NCBI RefSeq assembly: GCF_004010195.1
Contig: NC_057718.1
Coordinates: 99,443,112 to 99,486,725, forward strand
DNA from: Chiloscyllium plagiosum
Taxonomy: Eukaryota
Length of the DNA stretch: 43,614 nucleotides
Reading direction: 5' to 3'
Shown: positions 25,480-36,024 of the stretch, piece after piece
How positions within the stretch are numbered: the first letter of the stretch is position 1
Layout: the number at the start of each line of letters is the position of its first letter
Notes under the pieces: generated by a model
The model's database searches: none
Told to the model about the DNA's origin: nothing
Seen by the model: the letters and a program-made list of their open reading frames with translations, nothing else
Made by a program: the position numbers and the translations under genes

Positions 25480-25752
25480 GATGCAAATAGAAGTTACTGG
25501 AAAAGCTCAGTAGATCTGGCAGCATCTGTGGAGGGAAATCAGGAGGTAACATTTTGGGTCTATTGGAGTTAACCAGAATTAACGTTTTGGGTTGAGTGGT
25601 CCTTCCCCAGAACTATTCTGAGGAAGGGTCACTAGACGCAAAATGTTAACTCCTAATTAAGCTCCACAGACGCTGCCAGACCTGCTGAACTTTTCCAGCA
25701 ATTTCTATTTTTGTCTCTGATGTACAGTATCTGCAATTCTTTTGATTTTTAT
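25480..25752. mobile_element. Palindromic hammerhead repeat (family C)
   Basis: CTGGAAAAGCTCAG..GATCTGGCAGC arm, its inverted copy, and decayed core CTGAGGAAGGGTCACTAGACGCAAAATGTTAAC at 25618. Confidence 0.75.
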
Positions 25753-26084
25753 TTAGTTCCAGGGCAATCAGTACAGAGTCAAAATATTACTTCTGTTTTC
25801 TCACTCCACAGATGCTGAGTTTCTCCAGCATTCTCCATGTTTGTTTCAGATCTCCAACATCCTCAGTTTTTTGCTTTTATTTAAGGGCAATGAATGATGG
25901 GTAATAAATGTTGGCCTTAATTGTCAGTGACACCCATGTCCCCTGGAAGCAGACATAATGATTAACCGTATGCCCCATTTTGCCCTGGAGTTAACATCAT
26001 TTTACGGATAAATGTTGACCAAGACATGAAAGCAGCTCTGGACTTGGTGAGGAATGTAATTCTACCTTCACAACATAAAGTGTC

Positions 26085-26940
26085 GGGATCACTGGGTAGA
26101 TGCTACAGGAAGGATATCATAAAATCGGAGAGGATTCAGGAGAGCTAGCAAGATATTGCCAGGAATGGAGGGCTTGAGTTATAAAGAGAGGCTGGATAGG
26201 CTGGAACATCTTCCTTAGAGCCTAGGAGGTTGAGAGATGACATTATAAAGGTTTATAAAATCAGTAGAGGTATAGTTAAGGTGAACAGCAAAGGTCTTTT
26301 CCCGAGGGTGGGAGAGCTCAAAACTTAGGGGCATAAGTTTAAGATGAGAGGGGAAAGATTTAAAAGGGTGGGTCATATGTCGGAGGAAGTGGTAGATGCA
26401 GGTACAATTCCAACATTTAAAAGATATTTGGGCAGGCACATGAATAGGAAAGCTTTGGATGGACATGGGCCAAATGCAAACAATTGGGAGTAGATTCGTT
26501 TATGCAAAAGTGAGGACTGCAGATGCTGGAGATCAGAGTCTAGATTAGAGTGGTGCTGGAAAACCACAGCAGGTCAGGCAGCTTCCAAGGAGCAGGAAAA
26601 TCAACGTTTCGGGCAAAAGCCCTTGATCACCACCATCTGCAGGTTCCTCTCCAAGCCACTCACCATCCTGTCTTGGAAATGTAGCACTGTTCCTTCACTG
26701 TCACTGGGTCAAAATTCTATAACTCCCTCCCTTATAGCACTGTGGGCCTACCTACATGATCCAAGAAGGCAGCTTACCTCACCTTGTCAAGGGCAACTAG
26801 GGACGTTTCGGGCAGGAGCTGCCTGACCTGCTGTGCTTTTCCAGCACCACTCTAATCTTGACAGTAGATTCGTTTAAGACACTTGGTCTGCTTGCTTTGA
26901 TTGGGCCGAAGAGTCTGTGTCCATGTTGTATGACTCTATG
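26085..26940 (+). mobile_element. CR1 3' end interrupted at 26503-26862
   Basis: TTGAGTTATAAAGAGAGGCTGGATAGGCTGG (LSYKERLDRL); tail TTGGGCCGAAGAGTCTG...GACTCTATG. Confidence 0.85.
26503..26862. mobile_element. Composite hammerhead-repeat insertion carrying captured flanking DNA, 14-bp TSD
   Basis: AGTAGATTCGTTTA at 26489-26502 and 26863-26876; 26504-26805 matches the reverse complement of 21948-22250. Confidence 0.9.
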
Positions 26941-27925
26941 ACATAGGAGCGGAAGTAAGGCCATTTGGCCCATCGCGTCCACTCCGCCATTCAATCATGG
27001 CTGATGGGCATTTCAACTCCATTTACCCGCATTCTCCCCGTAGCCCTTAATTCCTTGTGACATCAAGAATTTATCAATCTCTGCCTTGAAGACATTTAGC
27101 GTCCCGGCCTCCACTGCACTCTGTGGCAATGAATTCCACAGGCCCACCACTCTCTGGCTGAAGAAATGTCTTCGCATTTTTGTTCTGAATTTACCCCCTC
27201 TAAGTCTAAGGCTGCGTCCACGGGTCCTAGTCTCCTCGCCTAACGGAAACAATTTCCTAGTGTCCACCCTTTCCAAGCCATGTATTATCTTGTAAGTTTC
27301 TATTTGATCTCCCCTTAATCTTCTAAACTCCAATGAATACAATCCCAGGATCTTCAGCCGTTCCTCATATGTTAGACCTCCCATTCCAGGGATCATCCAC
27401 GTGAATCTCCTCTGGACACGCTCCAGTGCCAGTATGTCCTTCCTGAGGTGTAGGGGCCAAAACTGGACACAGTACTGCAAATGGGGCCTAACCAGAGCTT
27501 TATAAAGTCTCAGTAGCACAACCCTCTTGAGGTAAATGACAACATTGCATTCGCTTTCTTAATCACGGACTCAAACTGCATGTTTTCCTTTAGAGAATCC
27601 TCGACTAGCACTCACAGATCCTTCTGTACTTTGGCTTTATGAATTTCCTCGCCATTTAGAAAGTAGTAATGTGAACAGCTGTGGCCCCAACACTGAACCC
27701 TGCGGGACACCGCTTGTCACCGGCTGCCATTCCAAAAAAGAACCTTTTATCCCAACTCTCTGCCTTCTGTCAGACAGCCAATCCTCAATCCAAACCAGTA
27801 GCTCACCTCGAACACCATGGGCCCTCACCTTGCTCAGCAGCCTCCCGTGTGGCACCTTATCAAAGGCCTTTTGGAGGTCCAGATAGACCACATCCACTGG
27901 GTTTCCCTGGTCTAACCTACTTTTA
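26941..27925 (-). mobile_element. Relatively young CR1 LINE, ORF2 3' part with internal deletions
   Basis: VDVVYLDLQKAFDKVPH...SGVPQGSVLGPQLF and a 168-aa open C-terminal ORF (LYKALVRPHLQYCVQFW...WNSLPQSAVEA). Confidence 0.95.
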
Positions 27926-28489
27926 ACGCTCGCTTCTCCAACACCCTCACCGCCAACCTTTGCATCGAGTCCTTGCCCGTCTGAGACCTCCTGCCAGTCT
28001 GACCTCTTCACTGGTGGCCGTGTCTTCGGGAATCCAAATCAATGTCGGCTTCCCTCAACCCTTCCTGCCCTGCACCTCTCCCTCCCCCTTTAACACACTC
28101 TTTAATCTCTCCTTCTTTGATATAAGCAGTCCTCGTGTGTAGCGGTCTCACATTCGGTTTGCGTTTGGAGCTGCTCAAAGCGCGGACTTGCTGTTTGACT
28201 CGACTCTGTTCTCAACTTGTACCAGTGTTACACTTTTCCATCCTGACCTGTCCCTCACTCAGCTCCTGTCTTAACATGTCATTTCTCATCACGTTTTTTA
28301 TTTCTTTCTCAAACAGTTCACTCACCAGCAGGTCATTTACATTTAAGATACAAGTATATTTGTCTTCCCCACCTCCCTTGACATATTTATAAATTCAATA
28401 ACATGTATCAACTTATCATTAAGTTAATCCCTCCCTTCTTGGCTCCCAGAGTTTCATCTCATTTTCACCATTACTTGCCCATCCCACTT

Positions 28490-28790
28490 TAGAACAATAG
28501 AAATCTAGAGCACAGAAAAAGACCCTTTAGATCATCAAATCTGTACCGACCAACTATTCTCATACCATTTTCCAGCACTTGCCCCATAGCCCTGGCCTGC
28601 CCTGTTACCACAAAAGTGCGCATCTAACTATTTCTGAAATGTTCTGAGGGTTTCGGACTCTCCTGTCCCCACAGGCTGTGAGTTCCAGATTCCCACCAGC
28701 CTCTGGGTGAAGCTGTTCCTCACATCCCCTGGATACCTTAAATCTACGCCCCAGCTCATTGATCCCTCATTCAAGTGGGAATAGTTTTGC
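28490..28790 (-). mobile_element. Decayed CR1 3' fragment
   Basis: GAGTTCCAGATTCCCACCAGCCTCTGGGTGAAG motif and (TAGAA)-type tail. Confidence 0.7.
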
Positions 28791-28896
28791 ATCTCTTAGT
28801 TTGTCATTTTGCTGGGTTGGCTTGACTGAGTGGTTAGCTGATTTGTCTGGAGAGCTGGTCTGCAGTGCCGAGTGAGGCCAATGGTGTGGGTTGTAG

Positions 28897-29412
28897 CGAG
28901 TTTTGAGAAGATTTGTAGCTCCAGTTGAGGTTCTGGATGTAGGTTTGCTCGCTGAGCTGGAAGGTTCATTTCCAGACATTTTGTCACCCTACTAGGTAAC
29001 ATCTTCAGTGGGTCTCAGGCAAAGCACTGCTGAATATTCCTGCTTTCTATTTTGTATGTTTGGGTTTCTTTGGGTTGGTGATGTTATTTCCTGTGATGAA
29101 GTCACTTCCTGTACCTTTTCTTGGGGGTGGTAGATGGGGTCTAACCTGATGTGTTTGTTGATAGAGTTCTGGTTGGAATGCCATGTTTCTAGGAATTCTT
29201 GTGTGTGTCTGTGTTTGGCTTGTCCTAGGATGGATGTGTTATCCCAGTCGAAGTGGTGTCCTTCCTCATCTGTATGTAAGGATACTAGTGAGCTAGAGTC
29301 ATGTCGTTTTGTGGCTAGTTGATGCTCATGTATCCTGGTGGCTAGTTTTCTGCCTGTGTGTCCAATGTAGTGTTTGTTACAGTTCTTGCAAGGTATTTTG
29401 TAAATGTGGGTT
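28897..29412 (-). mobile_element. Penelope-like element 3' part: GIY-YIG endonuclease fragment plus terminal region
   Basis: IYKIPCKNCNKHYIGHTGRKLATRIHEH...HHFDWDNTSIL...EFLETWHS...SINKH in ORF 28992..29453. Confidence 0.93.
28972..29011 (-). ncRNA. Decayed hammerhead ribozyme of the Penelope element
   Basis: CCA-CUGAAGA-U-GUUACC-UAGUAG-GGUGAC-AAAA-UG-UC-UGG. Stem I CCA/UGG and stem II are retained; GAAA is mutated to AAAA. Confidence 0.7.
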
Positions 29413-29536
29413 GTCTTCCTGTACTGGCTGAGGTTGCCACAGAGAGTATTCAACCTCTCCCCTTCCCTGAGATGAGGTGACCCTCAGGTTAAACTGCCAT
29501 CAATTGTCTGCCTCTCTCCCTTATGGTTTAGTAAAA

Positions 29537-29802
29537 AAAATATCAAAAATCGTGGCACTGGAAAAGCACAGCCGGTCAGGCAGCATCCGAGGAGCAGGAG
29601 AGTCAACATTTCAAGCATTAGCCCTTCATCAGGAATGAAGAGCTTATGCCCGAAACATCGATTCTCCTGCTCCTCGGATGCTGCCTGACCGGCTGTGCTT
29701 TTCCAGTGCCACACTTTTTGGTATTGTTTTACTAAACCATAAGGGATCCAGCCACCACTCTCTCGACTCTGATCTCCAGCATCTGCAGTCCTCACTTTCT
29801 TC
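29537..29802. mobile_element. Palindromic hammerhead repeat (family A) with an inverted target copy
   Basis: Inverted arms centred near 29632; TTTAGTAAAA at 29527-29536 and 29803-29812. Confidence 0.85.
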
Positions 29803-29923
29803 TTTAGTAAAACGATGCTGTCTTTACCTTACACTTTGTTTCTGTTTCTGTCCTTCCACAAAGATTTTGCATAACCATTGATAATGTACAGGCTTTTTGC
29901 AGGAGAAGGAACACTTTTTTAAG

Positions 29924-30600
29924 GTTATTATGGTGCCAGTTGATGATACTACAGGACAAGTCAGAACGCAGAATAAAACCTGGATTGATAGATCATGTTT
30001 CTTCTTGTTTGATTAGTTAAGGTGATGGTTGATGATTGAAACATACTCACGAGGCAGTAGATTTTCTTTAACAACAGAACAGAAGTTTATTATGCAAAAG
30101 AAGGAAAAAAGTCAATCTGAGGTATCTCAATATTGAAGGCAGTTAGATGATCTTAAAACATACGGCCTAATAAAGTTTCCTAACACTATCCATTACAGAG
30201 AGTCAAATCTAAAATAACTATATTCCCACCCCAATTCTTCAGGGTTCTAATATAACTGACTTCTGGCAGTTTCTTTGCTGTAGGCTGTAGAAGTAATTCA
30301 GTGAGTCCTTTCAATGATAGTCAATACAAACTTGACACGAACCTGACAGCCTACACTTTCTCAGTTCTAATAATCTGCAGATTTCTCACCAAATTCTCCT
30401 GGTTTGAAAGTTTCACAAACTCTCCTGTTCCACTGAAGTGACTGGTTCCCGGTTCAGCCTTAGACTTGAGGAGAGAAACTAAACTTGCTTCTAAACTCAT
30501 CCCCAGTATCTTCTGAACTGAACTTACAAATCAAATTCCCAGTCCTAGAAAGAAACTTGCTCAGTTAAATAAGCTTTTAGGTTTGCAGGGACATTATTTC
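29924..30600 (-). mobile_element. LTR-like repeat copy 1 (homologous to 31614-33045; extent beyond 30600 unclear)
   Basis: Shared blocks such as ACACTATCCATTACAGAG and CTGCAGATTTCTCACCAAA..TCCTGGTTTG.AAGTTTCACAA. Confidence 0.55.
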
Positions 30601-31855
30601 TAAATTCTTTCATAATCATAATTTCACTCATTTCTCAAAGCTTTTTTTCCAAATTCAGTGATCAAAACCATAGGTCCCACAGCTTTCTTATTCCCTTGCA
30701 AATTCCCCACACGGCTTATTAGCTTTCTTTTCTATTGATCTATTTTAATTGATAAGCCACAGACGCAAGCTTGGAAGTGTTGAGTAATTTTTAAAAAAAC
30801 TTTTGTACTTCTGCAAAATGTTTTTCGAACAATCTGGTGGACACATTCATAGTTGTATCTCTCTAAACATTCCGTGAGATCGTTTTCCGAGCAACACACT
30901 CTCGGCTCTGATCTCCAGCAATTGCAGTCCTCACTTTCTCCTGTAAGATTGAGGTCCAATGTTACACCACTTTGTCTACCTGCCTGCCTTTTCAAATGAG
31001 GTTTCAACTCCATTCTCTGTAAATTTTGATGCTAAATGTAGATTTTTTTAGTTAAAAATCACTCATGGGAATTGAATCATCTTTGAGTTGTCACCTCCCC
31101 TCCAGGTTTTTCTCTCCCTATTGTTTGATTTATCCCTTCCTGAAGTTCAAGCTTTTTAAATTCCATTTTCATTACTCTTCAATTTCTCCCAATTCCATTT
31201 TTGTCCCTTTATTTTATTCAAACTCAAATTCCTTTCACCATTTCCGTTGGAATCTTTGTTAATTATAATGGCAATGTCTCAGTTTTAAGTTTCCCTCTTA
31301 CTAATTGTAAAAGCTGAGTAATTACTTTAGGTTTGTCATCCTTATGATACCCCGCTTTTATTTAGACTTTCAATATAGCTGCTTTTTCAGTTTAGCCTAA
31401 GTCAAAGATTTCAAGTAATTTACTTTTATCTCTTCTACCCTCAGAAAAGCCTTAGCAGAACTCAGAGTTATTTCAAAAATCCAATCCATGTAATAAATAT
31501 CACCACAACGCTCCTGTTTTCTGTCCCGAAATGTCACGCAGAAGTTCTTTCAGAAGAGACACAAATCCTTCTTAAACTCAATTGATTCAAATCCCAGTCA
31601 AAGCCTCCCATGTTGTTATAAGCCCATCTGACGGCACAAGGGGACATGTCAGATTTCAGAATGAAACTTGGAAATTTTCTTTTTAATTTGCTCTTAATCT
31701 CGTGGCTGGTCACTGAGACATATTCACATGAGGCTGCATTTTTATTTTAAGCAGCAGAACAAGGGTTTATTACACAAAAGAGAAATGCAACAGGCAAAGA
31801 TATCCAAATATCAGACTCAGCTAGAATGACCTCAAATCTCACAACAAAACAAATC

Positions 31856-32087
31856 CAGGTCGTTCTGCTTTAACACGTGTTACATCAGTGCAAATTGGCT
31901 AGAATGCGATTGATGAATTGTAGACGCTGTTTGGATAAGATAAAATTTCTGCTGAATGGTTATAGTGATTTTCTATTTGCGATCGTGTACAGTGAGATTT
32001 TCTCGATAGCGCGATTCCCATAGCGCGATTTCCTATTGCGCGGGTCTGCAGGCGAACGCAACTGTCACGTTATGGCAGAACAAGCTG
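31856..32087. mobile_element. Tigger-like (TcMar) MITE
   Basis: TIRs CAGGTCGTTCTGCTTTAAC / GTTATGGCAGAACAAGCTG; internal TAGCGCGATT repeats; TA TSD not preserved. Confidence 0.7.
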
Positions 32088-32568
32088 CCCAGCCTATTTC
32101 CTGACACTATCCATTACAGAGTCGACACACCTATCTCTTTACAGTTTTACAACACCGACTCCTTAAAATCTCTTTCCCACAGGCTGTAGAGACAACATGG
32201 TGAGACCTTTCCAAGCCTATCAGTATGAACTATTCGCAGATCTGACAGTCTACACTTCCTCAGTTCTAATGACCTGCAGATTTCTCACCAAACTGTCCTG
32301 GTTTGGAAGTTTCACAACTAAACACTTGTGCTGAGGTTCTGAGGAAATGTTAACGGACCCAAAACATTAACTCTGGTTTCTCTTCACAGATGCTGCTAGA
32401 CCTGCTGAGGTGATTGGTTCCTTGAACAGCCCTAAACCCCTTCTGGAGACAAACAAACCTTCCCTTCTAAACTTAACCCCCTTCTGTCTTCCAAACTGAG
32501 CTTAAAACAACTTTCTCAACTCCAAATGCTTCTGAAATGGAAACAAAGTTTACATATTTATCCATCTG

Positions 32569-32773
32569 CTGAAAAATGTGTTGCTGGAAAAGCGCAGCAG
32601 GTCAGGCAGCATCCGAGGAGCAGGAGAGTTGATGTTTTGGGCATAAGCCCTTCTTCAGGAATGCCCGAAATGTCGATTCTCCTGCTCCTTGGATGCTGCC
32701 TGACCTGCTGCGCTTTTCCAGCAACACATTTTTCAGCTCTGATCTCCAGCATCTGCAGTCCTCACTTTCTCCT
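32569..32773. mobile_element. Palindromic hammerhead repeat (family A)
   Basis: About 90-bp inverted arms; imperfect TSD ATATTTATCCATCTG / ATATTTACACATCTG. Confidence 0.85.
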
Positions 32774-33310
32774 ATATTTACACATCTGTCATAAATCCAT
32801 TCCATTCATTAACACCATAGGGATCTGCAGTTAGTTTCTTTCTGAAAAAGTGCTGGATTGAGTCATTATGTCAGAGAGAATCTCTGGCCTTGTTTTTGTT
32901 TTAACAGAAACCCCTTCACACAGGTAACCAATACTCATCTGGCTCTAATCTGAAATCTGAATTCTAAAAATAACGTTAACATTTATAAATTATACAGCTT
33001 TTATTACATCAATAAACCAAAATGATTAAAAGTCCTTTCTTAACATGATTTCTATGTTACAGTAACAGCAATAATATAGTTACATCTGTTTGTATTAAAC
33101 AAATAATAAATTTTGCAACTTTGCATATCATTTAAATCTATTTGGATCACAGCATTTGGTTTTGTTCAGATGTGTTCTTAGGAATGGAATGACGGTCCTT
33201 ATTTCAATAAGGTTGGAGTACATGAGTAGGGGTCTCGGAGTAAAACTATACAAGGTACTAGTGAGACCACATCATGTATACTGGGAGTTGCTTTGGTCCC
33301 CTTATTGAAG

Positions 33311-33520
33311 AAAGTGAGGACTGCAGATGCTAGAGGCCAGAGTTGAAAGTGTGGTGCTGGAAAAGTGCAGCAGGCCAGGCAGCATGCGAGCAGGAGAATC
33401 GACATTTCGGGCATAAGCCCTTCTTCATTGCTGACGAAGGGCTAATGCCCGAAACGTCGATTCTCCTGCTCCTCGGATGCTGCCTGGCCTGCTGTGCTTT
33501 TCCAGCACCACACTTTCAAC
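33311..33520. mobile_element. Palindromic hammerhead repeat (family A) with a perfect 14-bp TSD
   Basis: TCCCCTTATTGAAG at 33297-33310 and 33521-33534. Confidence 0.9.
33431..33460 (+). ncRNA. Minimal hammerhead ribozyme core, catalytic residues intact
   Basis: CUGACGA-A-GGGC-UAAU-GCCC-GAAA-CG-UC; stem I is poorly paired in this copy. Confidence 0.65.
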
Positions 33521-34388
33521 TCCCCTTATTGAAGGAAAGACATCATTTCATTGGAGACAATTCAAGAGACGGTTCACTAAGATGATTCCTGGGATGAAGG
33601 GATTGTCTTATGAGCAAATGTTGAGCAGGTTGGGACTCTACTCCCTGGAGTTTAGGAGTATGGGATGTGCTCTGAGAGGATGTTTCCCCCTCATGGGAGA
33701 GTCTAGGATTAAAGGGTATAGTCTCAGAATAAAGGGGCACCAATTTCAGACTGAGATGGAGAGGAATTTCCTCTCTCAGAGGTTTGTGAGACTTTGGAAC
33801 TCCTTGCCATAGAGAACTGTGAAGGCGGATTGCTTGTATATATTTAAGGCTGAGGTAGATAGATTCTTGTTCAGTCAGGGGATCAAGGGTTATGGGGAAA
33901 GGGCAGGAATGTCAGATCAACCATGATCCTCTTGAATAGGCTCGAGGGGCTGAATGGGCTATTACTGTTCCCATTTCTTATGGTCTTATTGTCTTTGCTA
34001 GCCAAGCAAATGATTAACAAATATACAGTTGGCGTTTTAAACGCCAATGAAGCAACCCTAAGTGATTTTCCCAAGATGTCTCCAAAACCAAAAATTGAAA
34101 GATTGTAGTCTGAATGAATAACAGTTTCTTCCACATTGCTGGATATATAAACTGCTGCAGATTGGTGGATATGCAAGTTGATGCAAAATGATCAACGCAA
34201 GACTCAGCCTTCTGTGAGAAATGAAAACATTCACAAAAGTAACAACCAACCATCAGTCTCAATTTTGAAATCCAAAATTGATATGAATATATGAACAAAT
34301 TATAGGCCTTGCAACACCGCGTCTGAAGTGTGATTCATTGCGGGTTTTATAATATGGCATCTAGAGTTTGTACTTTTTGATGGCGTAG

Positions 34389-34480
34389 CTACAGGATAAA
34401 GTAACCGACTCCCTCTCACTCAGACAGAGGAAGGAAATAAGGATGGATGGCTGGAAGGAAAAAAGATCCACTGCAAGAAG
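34389..34480 (+). other. Candidate exon (acceptor uncertain), gene unidentified
   Basis: Consensus donor AAG|gtgagt at 34480/34481 in unique DNA; open frame LQDKVTDSLSLRQRKEIRMDGWKEKRSTAR. A strong acceptor lies downstream at 34853. Confidence 0.2.
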
Positions 34481-35399
34481 GTGAGTTGCACCCAATGGTT
34501 TAATAATTTAGAAAGTTGAGGATTAGAAAGCGAAGGGAATGTGGGTAAATAATCCCATACATTGCATCAAAAGTATATATGAGCTCCTTGTTGTTGGTGT
34601 GCAGTAAACTTGCACATCCAAGGTTGTGGTTAAATTTTATTGTTTGCTAACAGAATGATTAAGGTTTACATTGTGTCTAATAAGAGGCACACCCATTTTC
34701 ATGATAGTGGGCGCATTAATTATGATGATAATCCACTCCCCGTAACAAACATATGCAGAATACTCATCAAAATTGAAAGTAAGAGACTAGTGACTGTGGT
34801 GTAAACATTGAGGGCATCTTTGACTAATGGTTACTTGTTTTTTTCTCTCTCAGTTAGAGACCCACAGTCGCACCAGACCTGCCTTAGGCTTTGGGTGGGA
34901 ATCTCTCCTCCAGCCTTAACACAGTCGAGCTCACACCCATGGAGAGTGAAACATCTGCATGTTGGTGGTTCCTCATGGTGTAGCCAATGTTAATGAGATC
35001 CAAGGCGTGGCAGGAACAGACTAACATGCAGGGGCAAGTACGAAAGACTGAGAAAAAAAGAACACTGTCTCAATATTTTGTATTGCCCCAGCAACACCAC
35101 TCCACTCCCAACCCCCAGCCCTTGCTTAATTCATTAAAGTCACACACCACTGTCTCCTGTTAACTCACTGTTGCCCCACTGTGGATTACATTTCAAAATA
35201 GTAAACATTTGCCTTTCTTTATTCTATTCTGAGTCATCCTCTTCCATTTTCTGCTCCTGTATTTTTATTATAAGACTCGATTGGTTGGAATTGTGACTGA
35301 GGTGTGTGTGTGTGATAGCCTTATCCTGGAACTTTGCTTAACTGAGGAGATTCAGACATTATCCTTTGCAGTAAGCCTGTTTCTGACGTTTTGAAGTGT

Positions 35400-35691
35400 A
35401 TTAGATTAGACTCTTCAGCCCAACCAGTCCACACCGACCCTACAAAGAGCAACCCACCTAGACACATTTCCCTCTGACTAATGCACCTAACATTACAGGC
35501 AATTTAGCATGGCCAATTCACCTGGTCTGCACATCTTTGGACTGTGGGAGGAAACCGGATCACCCGGAGGAAACTCACACAGACACGGGGAGAATGTGCA
35601 AACTTCACACAGACAGTCGCCCAAGGCTGGAATCGAACCTGGAACTCTGATGCTGTGAGGCAGCAGTGCTAACCACTGAGCCATCATGCCA
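35400..35691 (-). mobile_element. HE1 SINE (V-SINE)
   Basis: Reverse complement of TGGCTCAGTGGTTAGCACTGCTGCCTCACAG, B box GGTTCGATTCC, V domain. Confidence 0.9.
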
Positions 35692-36024
35692 TATTTTTAT
35701 AATCTGAATCAAACATTGTCAAAAGATTGTCCACTGCTTCCGGTGATTTTAATTTTTGATGCTGCTTTAACAATGTGCTATTTATGAGCAGCACTTGCCC
35801 TTTACATTATCTAAGTCCTCATTTTTTATTTCTAATCTCCCACATCTCCTCCCTATGCTATACATACCTCTGATACACTGCGTGTAGTAACATCCAGATT
35901 GAAAATGAGGGGCCCTTTTCATCTTCCCACTCCAGCCTGGTCTGGGGTTATACCACAGGCTTCCCAACAGTCAGAGGGAGATAGAGAAGCAGATATACAC
36001 ACAAATCATGGAAAAGGATTATAA

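Larger units (their letters stand above)
24955..25950 (+). mobile_element. tRNA-derived SINE broken by three hammerhead-type insertions
   Basis: Head GTAATGTCACTGGGCTAGTAATC, body GGAAATCTACCATC, tail GATGGGTAATAAATGTTGGCC. Confidence 0.7.
28815..29830 (+). mobile_element. SINE-like host element split by a Penelope fragment and a palindromic repeat
   Basis: tRNA-like head at 28815-28892, resuming at about 29418 (CTGGCTGAGGTT...GTGACCCTCAGGTTAAAC). Confidence 0.5.
31614..33045 (-). mobile_element. Probable solo LTR with nested insertions
   Basis: TGTTA...TAACA termini; AATAAA on the minus strand at about 31767; homology with 29924-30600. Confidence 0.55.
33200..33990 (+). mobile_element. CR1 3' end interrupted at 33311-33520
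   Basis: RRFTKMIPGMKGLSYEQMLSRLGLYSLEFR...LWNSLP; tail GGGCTGAATGG. Confidence 0.9.
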
